The translations under genes were made by a program, and so were the position numbers. The notes under the pieces were generated by a model that ran no database searches, was not told the DNA's origin, and worked only from the letters and a program-made list of their open reading frames with translations. Source: a virus. From it: a stretch of DNA of 64,000 bases. Every line of letters begins with the position of its first letter. Position 1 is the first letter of the stretch. The stretch is taken from IMG/VR virus record IMGVR_UViG_3300005253_000361, positions 1 through 64,000 of that record. One strand, 5' to 3'. Below, piece by piece: positions 42,803-51,193 of the stretch.

Positions 42803-45319
42803 TCAGCCATTTGAATCTCCGTGGTCGTCGTAGTTGCCGTGCGGGACGTTGGCGTGCTCCAGTGGGTTCTTCTGGTGAGCCGCGTCCGCGTGGTCGCCGT
42901 GGTCGTCGTAGTTGCCGTGGGCCACATTCGCGTGGGCGGGATCGTTGGGATCGACAAGCTTCAGTTGGCAAGGGTTGCCGACCGGCGCATCCTCAGTCCG
43001 GACGAACTCAGAGTTCTTCGCCTCGCCTCGCCAGGCCGAGGGACGATACGTGTTGGCTTTCCGCAGCCAGCGGAACGGATCCCAGGGCGGTTCGTTCTGT
43101 TGGATCGAGTGGTAGAGACCATTGGCGTCGAACCGGTGCGCCACCTGGTCAAGTGTCGTGAGATTCGGGATGGTCCGGTGGAGATGGTCCGCTACCGCCT
43201 GATAGAGGCCGGCCCAGCCACGACAGAAGCGGGTGCGGTTGCGCCAGTCACCATCGATCGCGTGACCGTTGCAGTGGCCCGTGCAGACTGCCCACCAGCG
43301 GCACACCTGATCGCCGTCACGTCCATCCACACCGCCGAGGCATCCACCGTGCTCATGCGAGACGCCCCGCAGTATCTCGTAGCGAGCCTCGGAGAACTTC
43401 TTGTCCTCGGCTACCTGGTACGGGATCCCCCCGGCCGCATACAAATGTTCGCAAACTCCGATTGCCGAGTCCTCCTGGATGGTCCGTTCGGCAGCCGTGT
43501 GGAGAGGATCGCATTGGGTCCGAACGCATGTAAATTGGCCGCACCCGAGCAACCCGTCCATCGTTTCCGCGATGGCGGGAAACTGGTAACCCCGACTCAG
43601 ACTCCACGGCACAAACTCTGCCCAGAAGGCTGCCATATCGGTTTCGGAAAGCTCCCAGTCAGAGCGCTCCGGCTCGGTATCGATATGGGCGGGGTTGAGA
43701 CGTGGATTGCGAATACCGTGGTCGGCGAGCCAGTCGATGAACCGCTTCAACTCATCGATCTTCCGACGGTTCTGCCCCGGCACCAGACCCGGGCCGGCGT
43801 TAGCCTTGGTCAGGCAGATGATCAGACCGGGGGGCCGGTGCTCCCTGCAGAGCCGCAGGAGTGTCCGGAGCGTGGCGGCTGTGCCCTCCAGGGTGGTGCG
43901 TAGGGTGTTGCCCATCTTACGAACATCGTTCAGGCGCCCCCAGCCGTCGATCGAGAGCCCCACGTTGACGTTGTACCGCTTGAACATGGCCATGTGGTCG
44001 TCGTCGACCAGCACGCCGTTCGTCTGGATCGCGGCCTTGCCGAACCGCTCGTGGTTGATCCGAAAGATCTCCTCGAGGTCGGCCTTCTTGATCAGAAGAG
44101 GTTCGCCGCCGTGCGCGGTAGCTACCGCGGCGCCGCCCCGATTCTCTTCCTCCCAATCCCACTGGGCATTGATTGCCCGAATGGCCGCGTGGATATCGTA
44201 GTCGTGGGCCTTCTTGACGTTGCCGAGATCCCTGGCGGTGTTCTGGTAACAGTCCACCGAAAGAAACCCTCCAGCCACAAAGGTCTTACTGGTCGTCTCG
44301 ACATCATAAACTTCAGGGTCTCGCTTGTGTCCCATAGGCTCGATGGCCGTAATCTGAGCCCGGGGCGTCTTCGAAACTGCACCCGTAATCGCCACTTTGC
44401 GTGTGAGCGCCGGCCGACAAAGAGAAGCGAACCGTGCAACCTCAGGTCGGCCGCCCCGCATATAGACCCACCATGAATCGTCCGCCTTCTGGGCGATCCG
44501 GACATCGAACCCTAACTTCTCCCAGCAGTACCGAACCTCGTCAATAGCCTCCTGCTCCTTTTGGCAGATGCCAAGACCATTTCGGGTGCCTTCAGCGTCA
44601 AACATGCCTGCGAGCCACCCCTTAATGAATGGAGTACTCCTACCCATCGGAGGGGTTTCGGCGAGATCCATTAACGCGGTCAGGTCATCATTCCGGTGCA
44701 CGCGAGTAAGGTGACTGTAGGAAAGTTCGGCCCCCGTATCCTTTCGCTTGTGGTGCACGCGAGAAAGTTCAACGCCGAAAAGAGATTTGGCGTACAACTC
44801 TACTCGGTCCAGGAGTTCTTGATCCTTCGAATAGACCTTGAAAGTGCTTACGGGACCGCGCTTGCATACGTAATCCCCCCAGCTGCCGTCCCCAAAACTG
44901 ACCCCAGATAGCCACCCAGCTCGATAGTCGCTGTCCTGAGTAATGTCCTCCTTAACGGGGTCACACAAATGCAGGAACGCATCGCCTACCCGTAGGTCCC
45001 TCGTCCGGACCACACAATGGCGGTCCTGCCGCTTAACGAGCCACTCATGATCCGGTGTCGACTTGACCTCCCCTGCAGTCGTGGTGATGCGAATCAACCG
45101 CTCACGCTTGCGGATGAGGCGAATAACTTCCGTATCAACGTACCGTCGATACTTCTTGCCCTCCACAGCATCGAGTTCCCAGGAAACCAGGCGGTCCCCA
45201 ACCTCGACAGACTCGATGGGTTTCCAACTACCGTCGGTCAACAGCATCAGTGTGCCCTTGGCCAGACAGTGGCTACACGACAGGTTGCAGGCGCGCGTCA
45301 ACTTGGTTGATTGCGGCAA
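42803..45319 (-). CDS. radical SAM/SPASM peptide-maturase-like enzyme with intein and C-terminal His/Asp repeats
   Basis: CNLSCSH|C motif, HGGEPLL, IQTNG, GLSIDG, SPASM-type Cys array (CRWWAVCTGHC...RFC); TTG start with strong SD. Confidence 0.9.
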   Translation of the reverse strand: MPQSTKLTRACNLSCSHCLAKGTLMLLTDGSWKPIESVEVGDRLVSWELDAVEGKKYRRYVDTEVIRLIRKRERLIRITTTAGEVKSTPDHEWLVKRQDRHCVVRTRDLRVGDAFLHLCDPVKEDITQDSDYRAGWLSGVSFGDGSWGDYVCKRGPVSTFKVYSKDQELLDRVELYAKSLFGVELSRVHHKRKDTGAELSYSHLTRVHRNDDLTALMDLAETPPMGRSTPFIKGWLAGMFDAEGTRNGLGICQKEQEAIDEVRYCWEKLGFDVRIAQKADDSWWVYMRGGRPEVARFASLCRPALTRKVAITGAVSKTPRAQITAIEPMGHKRDPEVYDVETTSKTFVAGGFLSVDCYQNTARDLGNVKKAHDYDIHAAIRAINAQWDWEEENRGGAAVATAHGGEPLLIKKADLEEIFRINHERFGKAAIQTNGVLVDDDHMAMFKRYNVNVGLSIDGWGRLNDVRKMGNTLRTTLEGTAATLRTLLRLCREHRPPGLIICLTKANAGPGLVPGQNRRKIDELKRFIDWLADHGIRNPRLNPAHIDTEPERSDWELSETDMAAFWAEFVPWSLSRGYQFPAIAETMDGLLGCGQFTCVRTQCDPLHTAAERTIQEDSAIGVCEHLYAAGGIPYQVAEDKKFSEARYEILRGVSHEHGGCLGGVDGRDGDQVCRWWAVCTGHCNGHAIDGDWRNRTRFCRGWAGLYQAVADHLHRTIPNLTTLDQVAHRFDANGLYHSIQQNEPPWDPFRWLRKANTYRPSAWRGEAKNSEFVRTEDAPVGNPCQLKLVDPNDPAHANVAHGNYDDHGDHADAAHQKNPLEHANVPHGNYDDHGDSNG
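44252..45268 (-). mobile_element. intein (339 aa) with LAGLIDADG-type homing endonuclease
   Basis: Starts CLAKGT...WKPIESVEVGD; WLSGVSFGDGS and WLAGMFDAEG blocks; ends VYDVET...FVAGGFLSVD before extein Cys. Confidence 0.9.
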
Positions 45320-45344
45320 GGTTCCCCCTCCTTTGGCCGACTCC

Positions 45345-45716
45345 TCAGTCGGCGCGAACTCGAAATGGCGTCTGCTTCTCCAGATAGATAGTGTGCTGGT
45401 GGCCCGGAATACCGGGCTCGATAGTCGGGTAGAGCGCGAACGCCTGAAGGACCTCGCAGGTCATCCCGACCGGATAGCGCCGCAAGAACCACCTGGGGGC
45501 GAAGCGTTGCTTAACCGCCTGCCACCAATCAGTTGGCCACTCGCAGTGGACCTCCTCGACAGTCTTCCCCAGCACCCGCATCTCAACGTCAACAACGAGC
45601 TCCTCGAGCTGCAGGTCCCAGTGGGCAGTCGGCAGGTCAAAAAGACGCCCGTGCAGAATCTTCCGTTGGTGAAAGCGCAAGACGTCGAGGACGACCTTTT
45701 CGGTCTCGATGTTCAT
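45345..45716 (-). CDS. hypothetical protein
   Basis: Hairpin + SD upstream; WPTDWWQAVKQRF. Confidence 0.55.
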   Translation of the reverse strand: MNIETEKVVLDVLRFHQRKILHGRLFDLPTAHWDLQLEELVVDVEMRVLGKTVEEVHCEWPTDWWQAVKQRFAPRWFLRRYPVGMTCEVLQAFALYPTIEPGIPGHQHTIYLEKQTPFRVRAD

Positions 45717-45738
45717 AGGTAGGTTCCCCCTCCTTTGA

Positions 45739-46005
45739 TCAGCCCCTCAGCCGACCTCGAGTAGCCCTCGCTCGCTCCAGCTGAGCGGACAAGATGTCGA
45801 GCCACTCCTGGGCCCGCTCAAGAGTCATACGGCGAGTGGCCATCACCTCGCCATTGACGATGTACTTGTCAAAGCCCCCCTCGGGGACCGGCACGTTCCA
45901 CTCGAGGTCGACCTTGACCGCCGAGCCGGTCTCACCCCAGGCCTCGATCGGGACGAGATTCGGGCCGTGAATATCGTCGAGTTCTACGAGATGTGCAGAT
46001 GCCAT
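45739..46005 (-). CDS. hypothetical protein
   Basis: Hairpin + SD upstream. Confidence 0.55.
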   Translation of the reverse strand: MASAHLVELDDIHGPNLVPIEAWGETGSAVKVDLEWNVPVPEGGFDKYIVNGEVMATRRMTLERAQEWLDILSAQLERARATRGRLRG

Positions 46006-46346
46006 ATAGGTTCCCCCTCCTTTTTCCCTCGGTCGGCCGGTCCCTCAACCGACGCAGCTACTCTGCTAAATCACCGCGCCACTGTCCAGTGAACTCTCAC
46101 CGTCAGGAAGTTTTTATTTCCTCGCCCGTACGCTCGTTCAGCATCACGGTATTGCCGCAGACCGGGCAGCTGAACCGATCGCTCGTCTGGGGATCCCGAT
46201 GGGGTGGTACCCCGGTGAACATGTGGGCATAGGCGAGCCCGCCCCGGATGCCCTCGCAAGCAGCCCGCCAGACGGTTTCGCCGCAAGCCGCGCAGTCGAT
46301 GAAATCCTCCTTACGGAACAGCACTTCTGTCTCCATCTTCCCCCTC

Positions 46347-47747
46347 CTAGACCCCGATCTCGGTCGGGTCGTCCACGTAGGCCACTGACAGATTGTCGTC
46401 GTGGTTGTCGTGGGCGGTGTCGGTGTGTGGTGTCGCGTCCTGGTGCGTTACATCGTCGTGGTCGGTGTAATTTGAGTGGGCGGTGTCGTCGTGGTCCGCG
46501 TGGTTCGTATGGGCGGTGTCGTTGTGATCGTCGTGGTTGATGTGGGCTACATCCGCGTGATCCTGGTGGTTGTCGTGGGCGACATCCGTATGGTCGTCAT
46601 GGTTGGTGTGCGCGGTGTCGGTGTGGTCGGTGTGGTTCACGTGCGCGACGTCGTCGTGATCGCTGTAGTTGATGTGGGCGACGTCAGAGTGGTCCGTATA
46701 GTCCGCGTGGGCCGTGTTGTTGTGGGATGAGGTGTCGGTATGGGCCACATCGGTGTGGTCGGTGTAGTTGGCGTGTGAAGCATTAGTGAAGTCGTCGTAG
46801 TCGGAGTGCGCGACATCGCTGTGGTCGGAGTGGTCCGAGTGGGCTAGGTCCCCGTGATCGGTGTAATCGTCATAATCGGTATAATCCTCGTGGAATGGAA
46901 CATCGTCCCAATCATCGTGGTACGTCTGGTCGTGGCTATTGTCCAGATTGTCGTGCGCTACGTCGCTATGATCGTTCCAGTCGTCATGAACGACATCAAC
47001 ATGATCGTCCCAGTCGTCATAAGCGGTGTCGGTGTGGTTATTGATGTTGCTGTGCGCGACGTTGTTGTGATCGGACCAGTTGATGTGAGTGACGTCGCTG
47101 TGGTCCGAATGGTTCGTGTGGGCGGTGTCGGAGTGATCGGTGTGGTTGTCGTGCACCGTATCGGTGTGCTGGGTCGAGGTGTTGTCCACGTAGGCTGTAT
47201 CATCGTGATCCGAGATATCAGTATGGGAGACGTCATCGTGATCGGTGTAGTTGCTGTGGGCCGTGTCGGAATGGTCGCTGTAATTTATGTGAGCGACATC
47301 GGAGTGGTCTGAACCGGTGTTGTCGTCATGCGCGACATCGGCGTGGTCACTGTGGTTGTCGTGGGCCACGTCAGAATGATCTGAATGATTGTCGTGGGCC
47401 GCGTCGCCATGGTCGCTGTAGTTGGTGTGCGCGACGTCAGCGTGCCCAATTACCTCCCGGCCCGACTCGCCAATCCAACGCCAGCGACCGTTGCCGGTGT
47501 CGTCCTCGACCCAATAACTACCTTGTACCCCGTCGCTGTGCGACTGGATATCGATCGGGAGACGGCGCTCATCCCCAGTGGCGCTAACGTAGTGCCAGTA
47601 ATCCCCTTCTACCCAGTAGCTGCCCACGACTGCCGGACTCGGAGTCGAGACGTACTCGGCCGTCTGGTATTGCCACTCCGAGGCAACCTCGTCGATGAAG
47701 CACCAGTAGTCCCCCTCGACCCAGAACGATCCAGCAGTCTTAGCCAT
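46347..47747 (-). CDS. His/Asp-rich repeat protein (putative fibre-tip adhesin / maturase substrate)
   Basis: About 100-aa Trp-rich N-domain with three GS[FY]WVE[GD]D motifs, then about 30 eleven-residue HxN-[YHW]xD-HxD-xA repeats. Confidence 0.85.
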   Translation of the reverse strand: MAKTAGSFWVEGDYWCFIDEVASEWQYQTAEYVSTPSPAVVGSYWVEGDYWHYVSATGDERRLPIDIQSHSDGVQGSYWVEDDTGNGRWRWIGESGREVIGHADVAHTNYSDHGDAAHDNHSDHSDVAHDNHSDHADVAHDDNTGSDHSDVAHINYSDHSDTAHSNYTDHDDVSHTDISDHDDTAYVDNTSTQHTDTVHDNHTDHSDTAHTNHSDHSDVTHINWSDHNNVAHSNINNHTDTAYDDWDDHVDVVHDDWNDHSDVAHDNLDNSHDQTYHDDWDDVPFHEDYTDYDDYTDHGDLAHSDHSDHSDVAHSDYDDFTNASHANYTDHTDVAHTDTSSHNNTAHADYTDHSDVAHINYSDHDDVAHVNHTDHTDTAHTNHDDHTDVAHDNHQDHADVAHINHDDHNDTAHTNHADHDDTAHSNYTDHDDVTHQDATPHTDTAHDNHDDNLSVAYVDDPTEIGV

Positions 47748-47756
47748 CCCGACCCC

Positions 47757-48647
47757 CTATACGGTGACCCACTTGTTCGCCCCAATCGGAGCGATCGCTC
47801 CGGCGAGTCCCCTGAGGTTACGGCTCGAATCCACGACGGTCGTGGCACCGATCTGCAGACTGTCCGCCTCGAGCGTCGCGATACCGGTAATGTTGAAGGC
47901 GCCTGTCGCCCAATGGGCTGTAAGCGCGATCGAACCGCCGGCCCGAAGGAAGGCCGCGCTACTGAGACTGTCGAGCGTGTCAGCGTCCAAGCCGGTCTCG
48001 TTGACCGCGATCGTGATTTGATTCCCGGGGTTATCCGGGGTGATGACGATTTGGTTTCCAGCCACCAAGTTGACGTCCCCGCCTGAATTCGACACCCCGT
48101 CGATACTCGCGAGCGCGCCCGCTTGGGCCGCCGTTACGCTGTGGGGGTTCGAGGTCGAGGACACGTGAGGGTCGACATACCCCTTGGTCGTGAGGTCGTT
48201 CGACCCTGAAGGTGTGGCGCCCCGGACGATCGCGTAGGCCGAATCGCCCGCGTTGCGTGCCGCCACGACACCGGCCGCCTCCCGCTGGAACCACACATCG
48301 AGCGCAGAACCAACGCCGGCACCGAACGCAATACCGCTGCGGGACGCGTCAAGCTGCACCACCGGATTCGCATCACCGGCCGCCCCGTAGAGACTGGCAT
48401 CCACACCGACGTAGAAAACATCAGACGCAATCGGGATCCAGTCGGCCCCGTCGAAGCTGAAGTAGAAGATGTCCTCGTCGGTCGCCATGTACTGCTGCGA
48501 TACAGCTGGGGCCGCCGGTAGGTTCACCACGGGTCCGTAGTCCGCCTCGGTCATCGCGAGGTAGATGAAGTCGTTCAGGTCGGAGGCACGCGTGGTGGTG
48601 CCGACCGACACCTCATAGAGCGACAGATCACGGACAGGTGTTGCCAC
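47757..48647 (-). CDS. tail fibre protein, paralog 2
   Basis: N-terminus MATPVRDLSLY...ADYG paralogous to 51190..52926; DLTTKGYVD, SNPHSVTAAQ and LDADTLD fibre motifs. Confidence 0.75.
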   Translation of the reverse strand: MATPVRDLSLYEVSVGTTTRASDLNDFIYLAMTEADYGPVVNLPAAPAVSQQYMATDEDIFYFSFDGADWIPIASDVFYVGVDASLYGAAGDANPVVQLDASRSGIAFGAGVGSALDVWFQREAAGVVAARNAGDSAYAIVRGATPSGSNDLTTKGYVDPHVSSTSNPHSVTAAQAGALASIDGVSNSGGDVNLVAGNQIVITPDNPGNQITIAVNETGLDADTLDSLSSAAFLRAGGSIALTAHWATGAFNITGIATLEADSLQIGATTVVDSSRNLRGLAGAIAPIGANKWVTV

Positions 48648-48650
48648 GCG

Positions 48651-48923
48651 CTACTCCTTTACCGGTTGAACTGTTTGCCGGCTCGCGAGCTCCGCCCGAA
48701 GCTCCTCTAGGGCTACCGCCATAGACTGCCGCCACCCCAGCGGCATGAACCCAAACGGGTCCCCCTGGGCACCCGCCACACGCTCATCATCGTCGTTCAT
48801 CACGTTCACGTTGGCCCGGTACTGTCGGGTCTCAGCGGTGCCGTCGCGGTCATCGATGATCAGGCGGATCTTGCCCAGGTGGGTGGGCGGCTTCTGGATC
48901 ACTGCAGGTTTCTCGAGAGACAT
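48651..48923 (-). CDS. small tail-associated protein
   Basis: Position between fibre genes. Confidence 0.45.
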   Translation of the reverse strand: MSLEKPAVIQKPPTHLGKIRLIIDDRDGTAETRQYRANVNVMNDDDERVAGAQGDPFGFMPLGWRQSMAVALEELRAELASRQTVQPVKE

Positions 48924-49000
48924 TCGTCTCCTCCTCTTTCAGCAGGTTGCCAACTCGGGTAGTTGGTACCACTCCGGTGGGGCCGCTTGATAGCAAACGC

Positions 49001-50860
49001 TCACCGGGACCGGAACCACCTTCGCAGGAGTGCCTCCAGCAAGATCTCCCACCACTTCTTCTTGCGCGGCGGGGGCAGGATAGGGGGCTCGGGAGGGCCT
49101 GGCGGGAGATCTGGCGGAGGCGGTTCCACGGGTGGTGCCGGTGACAGCAGCTCCCGTATCTGAGCCTTCAGCAGGTACGGGAGCGATCCAAGATCCTGGT
49201 CGCGGTCACCGATGTTGCCCCAAATGGCGGCGTAGCCCTCCTCGAGACAAATCCTCATCCCCTCGAGCGACTCGGCTTCCGTCCAGTCCTTGCGGCCTCC
49301 CCGGATACGGAACCGGTCCTCCGTCATGCAGGGACGATCGACCCGCGCGACCTGGAGCATCTGACGCAACTGGGACTTGTCCGGAACCTGGTGCCCCCAC
49401 CCGACGTAGTGGCCCGGGTAGGGGCGGCCGCCGGGACGCTGCCGACCACCATACTGATGGAACCGAAGCTCCTCGGTGTGCATGAAGTGGACCCAGCCGC
49501 CGACCTGATCCCACGTGACCCACTCGGGTAGGTCGTACCCGAGCCCCATCGACCAATTAGCGTAGCCTCCGATCCGAGCCAGGACCTGCCGCTGAAAGTC
49601 CCGCTCGTCCGACACGTTGGGATCCTGCGGGGCGCGGTCGTCCCACTCACGGTCCCCATAGAGCCACAAGTGGACCCAGAACTCGTGTAGGGCCGCCAGC
49701 GAGAGCAGCCGGATCAGCCCTTCGCTCGGGAGGCGCCGGAACAGGCCGACGTGGAAGCCGTGGAAGCCGTGCCCCACGATGAACTCCCGGTAGAACTCCT
49801 CAGCCTGCTCAACCGTCAGGTTCTCGCTCGAGGGCGCCATGACGAGCTGGAGCGCCGGATTGTCGCCAGGCCACGGCACGATCTCGGCCGGCTCCTCGGC
49901 TTCCGCAAACGGTTCCCCGAACCACGTGATGGGGGTGCGTTGTGGATTTGGATTCTGGTCATGCGTCACGACGAAGCAGCCGAGCCGGCGCGCCTCCGCG
50001 GGCTCGAACCCAGACTCCTGGATCTTGTCGTCCTTCGCCTTGGCCCGCATGGTCTGGCCGAGGGTCGTGTGGTTGTCGGGCGGATCGGCCCACATTTCAA
50101 TTGAGGCTCCCTTCTCCTCACCGTCCCGGAGGTGCTCACCGGGGGCGCCAGCGTACTCATCCTGGACCCACGAGACCCAGCAGAGGCGGCCGAACCGATC
50201 GCCAGATTCATACCGCGGCAGGGAGCCGAGGTCGCGCTCCCAGGTCGCCCTGAGATGATCGCGCCGAATCTCGATCTCCATCTGGCCGACCTCCAGCGTC
50301 GGAGGGTAGTCCATGAGGCGTTCGAACGCATCCGGGATCCGAATCTCGAACGGCTCGGGCCGGACATCAGGCTCCGACTGCCATTCGGGGCGATCAGGTT
50401 CCTCCGGGCGCTCGAGCGCGCTGAACCGGAGCGGCGCCAGGTCGGTACGACGGGCAATCTCGACGCCTCCGACCCAGACCCCACAGAGAGCGTCGGGCTC
50501 GAGGTCATCCAGCTGGGCCTCATGCCAGAAGTTCGGGATCGAGATACCGGTATCGTGGATGCCGCGGTGTAGGTCGGCGATCGGCCGAGACGCCGTCCCG
50601 CCATCAAACGGCGCCACCACGTGGACTCGGCCGAATAACCCCGGGGCCTCCTTGGGTTCCCAGCCCTCGACCTTGTGCCAGGTCAGGTGGAGTGTGCCGG
50701 CCTCGTCGATGCTCCAGGTACCGGGCGTAATTCCGGGATGCCAAGGACGGAACCGGAGCTTGACCTTCGTCCTGGGTAGCCGGAGGTGGTCACTGTTGGG
50801 ACCGCCGGTCTCGACGGTCTCGATAAACTCAGGGCTGTTGAGCAGTTCGTAATCGGTCAC
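49001..50860 (-). CDS. 619-aa protein with a possible glycoside-hydrolase-like C-terminal domain
   Basis: VHLWLYGD...LARIGGYANWSMGLGYD; Pro-rich linker and amphipathic basic tail. Confidence 0.4.
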   Translation of the reverse strand: MTDYELLNSPEFIETVETGGPNSDHLRLPRTKVKLRFRPWHPGITPGTWSIDEAGTLHLTWHKVEGWEPKEAPGLFGRVHVVAPFDGGTASRPIADLHRGIHDTGISIPNFWHEAQLDDLEPDALCGVWVGGVEIARRTDLAPLRFSALERPEEPDRPEWQSEPDVRPEPFEIRIPDAFERLMDYPPTLEVGQMEIEIRRDHLRATWERDLGSLPRYESGDRFGRLCWVSWVQDEYAGAPGEHLRDGEEKGASIEMWADPPDNHTTLGQTMRAKAKDDKIQESGFEPAEARRLGCFVVTHDQNPNPQRTPITWFGEPFAEAEEPAEIVPWPGDNPALQLVMAPSSENLTVEQAEEFYREFIVGHGFHGFHVGLFRRLPSEGLIRLLSLAALHEFWVHLWLYGDREWDDRAPQDPNVSDERDFQRQVLARIGGYANWSMGLGYDLPEWVTWDQVGGWVHFMHTEELRFHQYGGRQRPGGRPYPGHYVGWGHQVPDKSQLRQMLQVARVDRPCMTEDRFRIRGGRKDWTEAESLEGMRICLEEGYAAIWGNIGDRDQDLGSLPYLLKAQIRELLSPAPPVEPPPPDLPPGPPEPPILPPPRKKKWWEILLEALLRRWFRSR

Positions 50861-50875
50861 ACATCATCAGAGCTC

Positions 50876-51193
50876 CTACGCTGGGTTAAGGTCGGTTTCG
50901 TCTTCGGAGGTAGTGCCGGCGCCGAGCTTCCCGTCAGCCACCAGCTGGTCCAGCACGACCTGGCGCAGTCTTGGCTTGGCCCCAGAGAAGTCCTTTCGAT
51001 TTATGGCCCGGATCAACACCTTGGCCTCCGCACCATGGTAGGTATGCTGGGTCGGACGCTCCAGGGCGTCGTGGGTCTCGATCGACACCAGGTACTGATC
51101 CTCCGCGGGGGCGAAACGGAGACGGAAATCCACCACCTCTACGGTCGAGAGATCCACCATCAGAGGGGTGTCGAGTACTAGGGTTGCGCTCAT
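50876..51193 (-). CDS. small tail-associated protein
   Basis: Overlaps the stop of the fibre gene. Confidence 0.5.
   Translation of the reverse strand: MSATLVLDTPLMVDLSTVEVVDFRLRFAPAEDQYLVSIETHDALERPTQHTYHGAEAKVLIRAINRKDFSGAKPRLRQVVLDQLVADGKLGAGTTSEDETDLNPA

Larger units (their letters stand above)
45336..46053 (-). promoter_or_regulatory. three minus-strand copies of the UGAGGR-loop hairpin + SD
   Basis: gccgac-TGAGGA-gtcggc 45336-45353, gtcggc-TGAGGG-gctgat 45738-45755, gtcggt-TGAGGG-accggc 46036-46053. Confidence 0.75.

Noticed and set aside
21914-42980. Intragenic GGCAA-N3-TTGCC matches at 21914 and 42966
   Set aside because: They lie inside CDSs away from any start codon and may be chance matches, so they were not counted as regulatory copies.
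46380-47445. About 33-bp periodicity resembling a CRISPR array
   Set aside because: It is a degenerate in-frame coding repeat with no constant repeat/unique spacer structure, and no cas genes are present.
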